From the NCBI RefSeq assembly GCF_000012925.1, contig NC_007517.1, positions 210,001-242,000 on the forward strand: a DNA stretch of 32,000 nucleotides. The letters run 5' to 3'. Origin of the DNA: Geobacter metallireducens GS-15 (lineage in GTDB: Bacteria > Desulfobacterota > Desulfuromonadia > Geobacterales > Geobacteraceae). Below, piece after piece: positions 1 through 7,179 of this stretch (within the stretch, counting starts at the first letter, position 1; the number at the start of each line of letters is the position of its first letter). Below the pieces are notes generated by a model, which was not told where the DNA came from, did not search any database, and saw nothing but the letters and a program-made list of their open reading frames with translations. A program made the position numbers and the translations under genes.

Positions 1-1
1 G

Positions 2-358
2 GAGATGGAGGCCTACATGCGCAAGGAGCACGGGGGGCGCCTCCTGTTCGTCGACATCAGCGCCCCTTCCTTCGACCCCACCCCCTACGGCATCACTCTC
101 GACGCGTTTATGTACCAGATGCACGCCATCGACCGGACCGGCCGGGTCTACCTGTCCGTGGAGGCGTTCTGGGCGATCTGGCAGGCCTTTCCGGCCTCAA
201 CCCTCTATGGATTCCTCGGTGCCCTCGTGATGCTTCCGGGGGTGAACCTTCTGGCCCGGGCCGGTTACCGGGGTTTCGCCCGCATCAGGAAATACCTCCC
301 CCGTCGCCGTGAAACGTGCGCAGGGGGGAGCTGCCGGATCGGGCAGCGGGAAGAGTGA
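2..358 (+). CDS. DCC-family (DUF393) thiol-disulfide oxidoreductase-like protein, C-terminal part; the 5' end lies upstream of the window
   Basis: The frame is open from position 2 (track ORF 5..358) and stops at TGA 356-358. The pattern LLFVDISAP...IDRTGRVYLSVEAFWAIW...LARAGYRGFARIRKYLP resembles DUF393/DCC proteins as I remember them. The N-terminal CxxC would lie outside the window. Confidence 0.5.
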   Translation, partial: EMEAYMRKEHGGRLLFVDISAPSFDPTPYGITLDAFMYQMHAIDRTGRVYLSVEAFWAIWQAFPASTLYGFLGALVMLPGVNLLARAGYRGFARIRKYLPRRRETCAGGSCRIGQREE

Positions 359-384
359 TCCTGCACACGAAGGGAGACAAAGCC

Positions 385-555
385 ATGGGTGAAGAGGCGT
401 CACGGTGCCGGTGCGGCCAGGGGAAGCCCGGCGAGAAGTGTCCCCACTGCGGCAAGGACGAGGAGACGTGGTACTGGTGCGAGGTCTGCGAAGAGGCGGT
501 CGCCTCCAGCCGCTGCCCCATCTGCGGTCTGAAGACCCGGAGGATGCGCGGGTGA
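385..555 (+). CDS. Small (56 aa) cysteine-rich double zinc-ribbon protein
   Basis: ATG at 385 is preceded by GAAGGGAGA (369-377). There are eight Cys residues arranged as CxC (8,10), CxxC (19,22), CxxC (32,35) and CxxC (44,47). Third codon positions are G/C-rich. The track ORF start at 316 overlaps the upstream gene and lacks an SD. Confidence 0.55.
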   Translation: MGEEASRCRCGQGKPGEKCPHCGKDEETWYWCEVCEEAVASSRCPICGLKTRRMRG

Positions 556-576
556 CCCTTGCCGCCCGCTTCCCTC

Positions 577-605
577 TTTCAAGTCTGCCCCCCCTGTGGT
601 AGTAT
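577..605 (+). promoter_or_regulatory. Candidate sigma70 promoter for tex (TTTCAA-N17-TAGTAT with a TGn extended -10)
   Basis: TTTCAA lies at 577-582, TG at 597-598 and TAGTAT at 600-605, about 37 nt upstream of the tex ATG. This rests on a motif match only. Confidence 0.3.
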
Positions 606-641
606 CCTTCCCCTTTTCATCCGCCGAACAAAGGACCATCC

Positions 642-2915
642 ATGAGCCTGAACAACGACGTACTCACGAAAATCACCACCTTCATCATCGAAGAGACCGG
701 CCTGAAGCCGTTCCAGGTGGAAAACACCGTGGAGCTCCTAAAGGAGGGGGCCACGGTGCCGTTCATCGCCCGGTACCGGAAGGAGCGGACCGGGGAGCTG
801 GACGAGGTGCAGATCCGCACCGTGGAGGAGCGCCTCGGCTACTTCACCGAGCTGGAGGAGCGGAAGGTCACGGTGCTGAAGTCCATCGAGGAGCAGGGGA
901 AGCTGACCCCCGAGCTGAAGCTCCGCATCGTGGGCTCCCGGCAGAAGACGGAGGTGGAGGACCTCTACCTCCCCTACAAGCCCAAGCGCCGCACCAAGGC
1001 CACCATTGCCAAGGAGCGGGGGCTGGAGCCCCTGGCCGAGATCTTGGCGGCCCAGGAACTTATGGCCGGCACGCCGGAGGAGGTGGCGCTCCCCTTCGTG
1101 GACCCGGCCAGGGAGGTCCCCGACGCGGCTGCGGCCCTGGAGGGGGCAGGGCATATCCTGGCGGAGCGGCTGGCCGACGATGCCGACGCCCGGGCCTTTG
1201 TCCGCCGACTCACCTGGGACGACGGCATCTTCGCCTCCCGGGTGGCCAGCGACAAGAAGGAAGCGGTCACCAAGTTCGAGATGTACTACGACCACCGGGA
1301 GCCTCTGAAGAGCGTCCCCTCCCACCGGATGCTCGCCATGCGCCGGGGGGAGAAGGAGGAGGTGCTGCTTTTGGCCGTGGAGGCGCCGGTGGCGGAGATC
1401 CACACCGGCCTCAAGGGACGGCTCGCGACCCGGGAAAGCATTTTCCGGCCGCTCCTGGAGCGGGTGGCCGAGGATGCCTACAAGCGGCTCATGGCCCCCT
1501 CCATCGAGGTGGAGCTGCGACTTGAGGCCAAAAAGCTGGCCGACGAGGCGGCCATCCGGGTCTTTGCCCAGAACCTGCGGAATCTCCTCCTGGCCCCTCC
1601 GGCCGGGGGGAAGTGGGCCCTCGGCATCGACCCGGGGCTTCGGACCGGCTCCAAGCTGGCGGCGGTGGACGGCACCGGCCGCTTCCTGGAGCACGTGACC
1701 ATCTACCCCCACACCGGCGAGGCGCGTGTCGCCGGGGCGAAGAAAGATTTCCTGCGCCTCGTTGAAGCCCACGATGTCGAGATGATTGCCGTGGGGAACG
1801 GCACCGCCGGCCGCGAGATTGAGCAGTTCGCCAAGGAGACCCTGGCCGAGGCGGGTAAGCGGGTGCCGGTGGTCATGGTGAGCGAGGCCGGGGCCAGTGT
1901 CTACTCGGCGTCGGAGATTGCCCGGGAGGAGTTCCCGGAGCTGGACCTCACGGTGAGGGGGGCCATCTCCATCGCCCGCCGCCTCCAGGATCCCCTGGCG
2001 GAGCTGGTGAAGATCGATCCCAAGAGCATCGGCGTCGGGCAGTACCAGCACGACGTGGACCAGAAGGCCCTGAAAAAAGCCCTGGACGATGTGGTGGAGT
2101 CGTGCGTCAACTTTGTCGGCGTTGATCTCAACACCGCTTCCTGGGCGCTTCTCTCCTACGTCTCGGGGGTGGGGCAGTCCCTGGCCAAGGCCATCGTGAC
2201 CCGGCGGGACGCCGAGGGCCCCTTCGCCTCCCGGCGGGGGCTCCTGAAGGTCCCCCGCTTTGGCGAGAAGGCCTTTGAGCAGGCGGCGGGCTTCCTCCGC
2301 ATCCGGGGGGGCGAGCATCCCCTCGACAACACCGCTGTCCACCCGGAGCGCTACCCGGTGGTGGAGGCCATGGCCGCCGATCTGGGCGCGTCCCTGGCAC
2401 AGCTTGCCGCCGATCCGGCCCTGGTGGCGCGGATCGACCTCAAGCGCTACGTGACCGGGGACCTGGGACTCCCGACCCTGCGGGACATCGTGGCGGAGCT
2501 GAAAAAGCCGGGGCGCGACCCCCGGGAGGAGTTCAAGACCGCCGCCTTCCGGGACGACATCCGGGAGTTGTCAGACCTCAAGGAGGGGATGGTGCTCCAG
2601 GGGGTGGTGACCAACGTCACCGCCTTCGGCGCCTTTGTGGATATCGGCGTCCACCAGGACGGCCTCGTCCATGTGAGCCATCTCTCCACCCGGTTCGTCA
2701 AGGATCCCAACGAGGCGGTGCGGGTGGGGGAGGTGGTGAAGGTGAAGGTCCTGGCCGTGGACGTGCCCCGAAAGCGCATCTCCCTCTCCATCCGCGAGGC
2801 CATGGAAGGGGGAGCGCGCCCCAAGAGCGAGCGTCCGCCCCGAGAGGAGAAGGGCTCCGGCGGTCTCGACCTGGCGAAGCTGGAAAAGGCAGGCTTCCGG
2901 GTGAAGAAGCGGTGA
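642..2915 (+). CDS. tex: Transcription accessory protein Tex (S1 RNA-binding domain protein)
   Basis: The 757-aa ORF has the typical Tex N-terminus (ETGLKPFQVENTVELLKEGATVPFIARYRKERTG), YqgF/HhH regions, and a C-terminal S1 domain (GMVLQGVVTNVTAFGAFVDIGVHQDGLVHVSHLS). Confidence 0.95.
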   Translation: MSLNNDVLTKITTFIIEETGLKPFQVENTVELLKEGATVPFIARYRKERTGELDEVQIRTVEERLGYFTELEERKVTVLKSIEEQGKLTPELKLRIVGSRQKTEVEDLYLPYKPKRRTKATIAKERGLEPLAEILAAQELMAGTPEEVALPFVDPAREVPDAAAALEGAGHILAERLADDADARAFVRRLTWDDGIFASRVASDKKEAVTKFEMYYDHREPLKSVPSHRMLAMRRGEKEEVLLLAVEAPVAEIHTGLKGRLATRESIFRPLLERVAEDAYKRLMAPSIEVELRLEAKKLADEAAIRVFAQNLRNLLLAPPAGGKWALGIDPGLRTGSKLAAVDGTGRFLEHVTIYPHTGEARVAGAKKDFLRLVEAHDVEMIAVGNGTAGREIEQFAKETLAEAGKRVPVVMVSEAGASVYSASEIAREEFPELDLTVRGAISIARRLQDPLAELVKIDPKSIGVGQYQHDVDQKALKKALDDVVESCVNFVGVDLNTASWALLSYVSGVGQSLAKAIVTRRDAEGPFASRRGLLKVPRFGEKAFEQAAGFLRIRGGEHPLDNTAVHPERYPVVEAMAADLGASLAQLAADPALVARIDLKRYVTGDLGLPTLRDIVAELKKPGRDPREEFKTAAFRDDIRELSDLKEGMVLQGVVTNVTAFGAFVDIGVHQDGLVHVSHLSTRFVKDPNEAVRVGEVVKVKVLAVDVPRKRISLSIREAMEGGARPKSERPPREEKGSGGLDLAKLEKAGFRVKKR

Positions 2916-2930
2916 TTGCGGGTGATCTCC

Positions 2931-2958
2931 TTGACATTCCGGCTACTTGCGGTATTGT
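2931..2958 (+). promoter_or_regulatory. Candidate sigma70 promoter (TTGACA-N16-TATTGT) for the small ORF at 3021
   Basis: A perfect -35 TTGACA lies at 2931-2936 and TATTGT at 2953-2958, just after the tex stop. Confidence 0.35.
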
Positions 2959-3020
2959 TTTTTAGGCGCGGTTAATGCTGCGCCGCACAAGAAACCCGGA
3001 ATGCGGAAGGAGGAACAGCG

Positions 3021-3200
3021 ATGAAGGAAATGGCAAGGATGGTTATCAAGGTGATCATCTGGATCTTTTCAGCGGTCTTGTTCGGCTTCCCCCTCATTGT
3101 CTTCTCGGTGATTGACTGGATTCTCGACAAGATTGCCGGGGAGAGCCACGACATGGACCTGCGGCTCGACTACTGGAAGCCCTTCGAGAGGCACGGGTAG
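3021..3200 (+). CDS. Small (59 aa) predicted single-pass membrane protein, function unknown
   Basis: This ORF is not in the track; no track ORF is shorter than 60 aa, so it was probably excluded by length. ATG 3021 is preceded by GGAAGGAGGA (3006-3015). It has a hydrophobic stretch VIKVIIWIFSAVLFGFPLIVFSVIDWIL followed by a charged tail, stops at TAG 3198-3200, and is followed by a terminator. The antisense 60-aa track ORF (2972..3154) has no SD. Confidence 0.5.
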   Translation: MKEMARMVIKVIIWIFSAVLFGFPLIVFSVIDWILDKIAGESHDMDLRLDYWKPFERHG

Positions 3201-3231
3201 CGTCCCGACGACAATTGCATAGCGGTACCAC

Positions 3232-3263
3232 AAAAAAAGGCCTGCATTTTGTGCAGGCCTTTT
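3232..3263. terminator. Bidirectional rho-independent terminator between the small ORF (+) and tpx (-)
   Basis: An A7 run (3232-3238) is followed by the stem GGCCTGCA (3239-3246), a loop TTTTG, the stem TGCAGGCC (3252-3259) and T4 (3260-3263). The U-tract is therefore available on both strands. Confidence 0.7.
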
Positions 3264-3287
3264 CCGTTCCGGCGTACTGGTTGTCGG

Positions 3288-3803
3288 CTACAGGAGACTC
3301 TTGGCCGCGGCAAGAACCGCCGCGTAGTCGGGCTCGCTGGTCACTTCGGGCACATGCTGGAGGTACCGGATGGTGTCCGTGGCGTCGATGACGAAGAGGG
3401 AGCGGGAGAGGAGCATCAGCTCCTTGATGACCACCCCGTAGGCGAGGCCGAAGGAGCGGTCCCGGTAGTCGGAGAGGGTCTTTACCCGGTCGATGCCGGC
3501 GGCACCGCACCAGCGCTTCTGGGCAAAGGGGAGGTCCATGCTCACGGTGAGCAGCACGACATTGTCCGGCAGAGTTGCCGCTTCCTGGTTGAAGCGGCGG
3601 GTCTCCGTGTCGCAGACCGGTGTGTCGAGGGAGGGGACGGCGCTGATGATTTTGACCTTCCCGGCGAAGTCGGCCAGGGATACCGGGGCGAGGCCGGTGT
3701 CCACGGCGATGAAGGCCGGGGCCTTGTCACCCACCGCCAGGGCCGGGCCGAGGAGCGTCATGGGGTTTCCCTTGAAGGTGATGATGCCTGGGCGTTCCTG
3801 CAT
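3288..3803 (-). CDS. tpx: Thiol peroxidase (atypical 2-Cys peroxiredoxin Tpx)
   Basis: The Tpx pattern is present: FKGNPMTLLG...VGDKAPAF...SAVPSLDTPVCDTE (peroxidatic Cys)...KRWCGA. I moved the start to ATG 3803 (MQERPG...), which has a GGAGGAA SD 5 nt upstream. The track start at 3836 has none. Confidence 0.9.
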   Translation of the reverse strand: MQERPGIITFKGNPMTLLGPALAVGDKAPAFIAVDTGLAPVSLADFAGKVKIISAVPSLDTPVCDTETRRFNQEAATLPDNVVLLTVSMDLPFAQKRWCGAAGIDRVKTLSDYRDRSFGLAYGVVIKELMLLSRSLFVIDATDTIRYLQHVPEVTSEPDYAAVLAAAKSLL

Positions 3804-3884
3804 TGGTGTTCCTCCTTTTCGGGTTGATTGCCCCACAAGTCTACTCCATGGGGGCGAAAAGAAAAGGAGGAACCTCGTGCCGCG

Positions 3885-4394
3885 TCAGCTTCCTTCCAGC
3901 TGCAGCGTTGCCAGGAAACGGTGCTCCCCCCGGTCAAAGGGGACCACCACCGCCGCGCCGCTGGACACCACCTCCACCGAGTACTCCCTGCCGGAGATGA
4001 CCGACGGCGTGGAAAGGCAGACGCTCATCCCCCTGGCGGAGAAGATCATCTTGACCTCGCCGGCCAGCATGTTGGTCAGCTCCCCCATGGCGTCGTGCAC
4101 GTCGCCGTCGCCTTCGATCTCATCCATCTCCATGCCGAGCATGGATGCCGTAGCCTCCCGGGCAAGCTCCTCGGGAATGTGGATTCCCACCATCCCCGTG
4201 CAGTCGCCGCCGAGCCCCACCATCCCCGAGATGCTGCAGGTGAAGTGGGAAACTGGCTTGTCCAGGGGATATCTGTCCTCGATATCGCTAATGAAGATCA
4301 TAGTGGCGAAGATGTTCTTGACCGCCCCGACTATGTGGGTGGCCAGATCCTCTTCGGCCAGGGTCGCGCCTCCTACGGTGAAGCTAAGCGGCAT
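3885..4394 (-). CDS. cheX: CheX-like chemotaxis protein (CheY-P phosphatase family)
   Basis: AMGELTNMLAG matches the CheX catalytic GELxN motif region, and LSTPSVISG matches the conserved ITPPTVVSG segment of T. maritima CheX as I remember it. I set the start at ATG 4394, which has an AAAAAGGAGCC SD. The track start at 4541 adds 49 non-conserved residues. Confidence 0.75.
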   Translation of the reverse strand: MPLSFTVGGATLAEEDLATHIVGAVKNIFATMIFISDIEDRYPLDKPVSHFTCSISGMVGLGGDCTGMVGIHIPEELAREATASMLGMEMDEIEGDGDVHDAMGELTNMLAGEVKMIFSARGMSVCLSTPSVISGREYSVEVVSSGAAVVVPFDRGEHRFLATLQLEGS

Positions 4395-4459
4395 ACGCAG
4401 GCTCCTTTTTGACAGGCAGAGATGGCGCGCGGAATATAGGGGACGCCCCATAGGGAAGC

Positions 4460-4486
4460 GTATCGGCCACCTTAGCGAAAACTTTA
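4460..4486 (-). promoter_or_regulatory. Sigma28 (FliA)-type promoter upstream of the cheX-like gene
   Basis: The minus strand reads TAAAGTTT (4486-4479), an 11-nt spacer tcgctaaggtg, then GCCGATAC (4467-4460). The enteric consensus is TAAAGTTT-N11-GCCGATAA, so 15 of 16 positions match. It lies about 65 nt upstream of the cheX ATG. Confidence 0.6.
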
Positions 4487-4612
4487 GCATTTTCTCGCAG
4501 ACACCATCTTCGCTGGGAAGAGAGCCGTGACGGCCGTACAAAGTACTTGCCCTCCGAGCCCCAATGGGTGTATGAAGTCTCCCCTTTTACTTTCCAAGCA
4601 AGGAGACTATCC

Positions 4613-5779
4613 ATGGGCATCCTTTCCGGCACCGTTGCCGTCTGTCAGTTCCGCGTCGCGGGGGACCTCCCCTCTGGCGATCTCTACCCCTTTATTGCAG
4701 AAAATCTTGCCAAGCAGGCCTTTCAGCCCATCGACCAGGGTGCCGCCGAGCAGTCCGTGGGGTGGGTCCACCTGGACGACCACCGCCAGATGAGCTTCGA
4801 TACCACCGCCGCCTTCTGGCGCGACCACTACGTCACCTTCACCCTGCGCCGCGACCAGCGGAAGCTCCCCGCGGCGCTGGTGAAAGCCTACCTCCAGGTG
4901 GCCGAGCACGAGCATCTTTCCGCCAACCCCGGCCTCAACCGGGTGCCGAAGCAGAAGCGGGAGGAGCTGAAGGAGGCGGTGCGCCTCAGCCTCCTGGCCA
5001 AGACCCTGCCGGTCCCCTCCACGTGGGACGCGGTCTGGGACACCCGCACCGGCATCGTCAGCTTCACCTCCCTGTCGGCCCCCATCATCGAGCTCTTCGA
5101 GGCCCAGTTCAAGAAGACCTTCGAGGGGGCGCGCTTGGTGGCGATCCACCCCTACAGCCGGGCCGAGGCGGTCGTCGGCGAGGAGCTGCAGCCGGCCCTG
5201 GAGAAGTCCAACCTCGCCACCAGCGACGCCGCCATCGACCTTATCCGGAGCAACCAGTGGCTCGGGTGGGACTTCCTCCTTTGGCTCCTCCACCGGACCA
5301 TGACCGAGGCGTCCGAGTACCGGGTGAGCCGGCCCGGACCGGCCCTGGCCGACGACCCCTTCGTGGCCTATCTCAACGACCGCCTCGTCCTCATGAGCGC
5401 CGGCGAGGCCGGCACCCAGAAGATCACCGTCGCCGGCCCCCAGGATCACTTCCGGGAGGCCCGCACCGCCCTTGCCCACGGCAAGCGGATCACCGAGTCG
5501 ACTCTCTACCTGGAGCAGGAGGAGAACGCCTGGAAGCTGACCCTCAAGGGTGAGCTCTTCCACTTTGCCTCCTTCAAGGCCCCCAAGGTGGCCATCGAGA
5601 AGGGGGACCACGTGGACGAGGGGAGCGAGCGGGAGGCCGCCTTCTACGAGCGGATGTACGTCATCGAGCAGGGTCTGCAGCTCTTCGACAGCCTCTACGG
5701 GGAGTTTCTGAAGGCCCGGCTCGGGGCCGGCTGGGGGGAGGAGCTGGCGCGGATCGAGGGGTGGCTGGCGGGAGAGTAG
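4613..5779 (+). CDS. rdgC: RdgC-family recombination-associated protein (long form, about 388 aa)
   Basis: The segment order is collinear with E. coli RdgC as I remember it: FQP...SVGWVHL; RRDQRKLPAALVKAYL...KQKREELKEAVRLSLLAKTLP...WDTRTGIVSFTS; and a C-terminal FYERMYVIEQGL...L segment. ATG 4613 has an AAGGAGA SD (4600-4606). Confidence 0.7.
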   Translation: MGILSGTVAVCQFRVAGDLPSGDLYPFIAENLAKQAFQPIDQGAAEQSVGWVHLDDHRQMSFDTTAAFWRDHYVTFTLRRDQRKLPAALVKAYLQVAEHEHLSANPGLNRVPKQKREELKEAVRLSLLAKTLPVPSTWDAVWDTRTGIVSFTSLSAPIIELFEAQFKKTFEGARLVAIHPYSRAEAVVGEELQPALEKSNLATSDAAIDLIRSNQWLGWDFLLWLLHRTMTEASEYRVSRPGPALADDPFVAYLNDRLVLMSAGEAGTQKITVAGPQDHFREARTALAHGKRITESTLYLEQEENAWKLTLKGELFHFASFKAPKVAIEKGDHVDEGSEREAAFYERMYVIEQGLQLFDSLYGEFLKARLGAGWGEELARIEGWLAGE

Positions 5780-5882
5780 CGAGGTGCTTTTGGTAATAAC
5801 ACATCATGGATGTCCCCCGAACTCCTGTCGAGTGTATGACGCACTGAAGCTGAGCAGGGAATAGAAGATGCCGAAGCCGGCA

Positions 5883-5954
5883 AGCCCGGTTCAGTACAAA
5901 CGTGCTGCTGAAAAATGCGGCTGACACCATACCCAACAGAATCAAACGGAACAC
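5883..5954 (-). pseudogene. Possible 5' remnant of a multidrug-efflux (EmrE/DMT-like) membrane transporter gene
   Basis: From a GTG start, the minus frame reads (V)FRLILLGMVSAAFFSSTFVLNRA. This resembles the conserved N-terminus (..ILGi.saFFa.TF.LNR..) of that family as I remember it. The similarity then stops and the frame runs antisense into the rdgC 3' end. The surrounding 5780-5960 stretch is low in GC. Confidence 0.3.
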
Positions 5955-6181
5955 ATAGACTTCTTTCTGGTACTGGGGCGGGAACCTGACTGTTCGACAG
6001 CGGGCGCCATGCCGGCCCCCAGGCGCTCCGGCTCGTGCGGGAGAGGTTTCACCGCTTCCACGACATCCGGTACAGGGTTCTTGCGTGGCTGGGGAAGCTG
6101 TGGGGGAGCAAGACCCGGTGAGGGGGTGTTCCCGTCAGCAGCAGGCTGACCAGCCGTCATGCGCACGTGCGCGTCGTTTGG

Positions 6182-7072
6182 TCATGTGTCCCGGTACTGG
6201 TTCAACAGGGAGAGAAATTCCTGCAATAACCTCGTCTGGTATCGACATTCCCTTGTCTGGACCGAAAGGGTTCTCCGTAAGTCAAGAGAGCACGCAACCT
6301 CCACGAGCCAGCCCTGTTCCAGCTCCCTTTCGACGGCAATTTTCGAGAGGCATCCTACCCCCAGGCCCGCTTCAGTGGCCTTCTTGATGGCTTCGGTATG
6401 CCCCAATTCCAGGGCGATTGAGAACTCTATCCCTTTTCGGGCCATTGCCGCCTCAAAAACCTCCCTCGTTCCGGACCCCTTTTCACGCATGATCCAGGGG
6501 GCGCCGTGCAACATCTCCACAGAAGCCTTTTTTCTGCCCCCCCACGGATGCCCTTTGCCAACCACGACGACCAATTCATCATTTTTCCAGGGGGATGTGT
6601 CGAGAACCCTGGAATGGGGAATCCCTTCGATCAGTCCCAGGTCGAGCTCCCCATTTTCCAGAGCATTCTCGATCTGCTGGGCATTCGCGATGGTCAGCAA
6701 CACCTTTGCCTGGGGGTAGTTCCTCGAAAATTCGGCAACGATGTCGGGCAGAATATAGTTGCCGATGGTGGTGCTTGCCCCGATGGTCAGGACCCCCCGG
6801 GGTTCGCCGGCGGAGTCTTCGAGGAACTGCTCTATCGCCCGGATTCTTCTGATCACCTCCACGGCTTCCGGCAGGATCTTGCGTCCCCGATCATTCAGGA
6901 GCAGGCGCTTGCCGTGGCGCTCGAAGAGCGGGGCCCCCGCCAGCCGCTCCAGTTCGGCAATGGCCATGCTCACCGCCGACTGCGTTATGAAGAGCTGACT
7001 GCTTGCCTGGGTCACATGCTCGCATCGGGCAACCTTTTCAAATATTTCCAGTTGCCTCACGGTAATAGCCAT
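6182..7072 (-). CDS. LysR-family transcriptional regulator, YeiE-like
   Basis: The N-terminal wHTH (ITVRQLEIFEKVARCEHVTQASSQLFITQSAVSMAIAELE) and the effector domain motifs ASTTIGNYILP, PWIMREKGSGTRE and ELGHTEAIKKATEAGLGVGCLS parallel E. coli YeiE. The gene is divergent from a YeiH-family gene, as in E. coli. Confidence 0.9.
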   Translation of the reverse strand: MAITVRQLEIFEKVARCEHVTQASSQLFITQSAVSMAIAELERLAGAPLFERHGKRLLLNDRGRKILPEAVEVIRRIRAIEQFLEDSAGEPRGVLTIGASTTIGNYILPDIVAEFSRNYPQAKVLLTIANAQQIENALENGELDLGLIEGIPHSRVLDTSPWKNDELVVVVGKGHPWGGRKKASVEMLHGAPWIMREKGSGTREVFEAAMARKGIEFSIALELGHTEAIKKATEAGLGVGCLSKIAVERELEQGWLVEVACSLDLRRTLSVQTRECRYQTRLLQEFLSLLNQYRDT

Positions 7073-7090
7073 TGCAGTCCCTTATAAAAA

Positions 7091-7116
7091 ATATTGAACA
7101 TATTGATAGATATTAC
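7091..7116. promoter_or_regulatory. AT-rich divergent control region with tandem ATATTGA repeats (candidate LysR operator)
   Basis: ATATTGAAC (7091-7099), ATATTGATA (7100-7108) and GATATTAC (7108-7115) lie in the 107-bp gap between the divergent regulator and transporter genes. Confidence 0.25.
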
Positions 7117-7179
7117 TCATTTTTTATTATATGCGAGATGGCCTATGATGCAATCAAAACATGCATCGGGGAGGATGTC

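Noticed and set aside
738-2342. 534-aa ORF antisense to tex, together with the overlapping same-strand ORF 596..1525
   Set aside because: The products are rich in Gly, Pro, Arg and Leu and of low complexity. They lie entirely inside the well-supported tex gene. This is the typical stop-free shadow frame of a high-GC gene.
3493-4530. Plus-strand ORF antisense to tpx and cheX, including an internal GTG at 3877 preceded by a perfect SD-like AAAAGGAGGAAC
   Set aside because: Its third codon positions coincide with those of cheX, which is the classic shadow frame. The product is rich in Ser, Pro and Thr with no recognisable domain. cheX and tpx on the other strand have clear family motifs. The SD-like sequence is better explained as one arm of the inverted repeat reported above.
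5955-6181. Possible guanidine (ykkC-type) or other riboswitch upstream of the efflux-gene remnant
   Set aside because: Only a short AGGTTCCCGCC resemblance to the 5' part of the motif is present. The conserved GGUCCGAGAG and ACGGCGGGA...GCCCGGGAGA segments are absent, and too little sequence remains before the remnant start.
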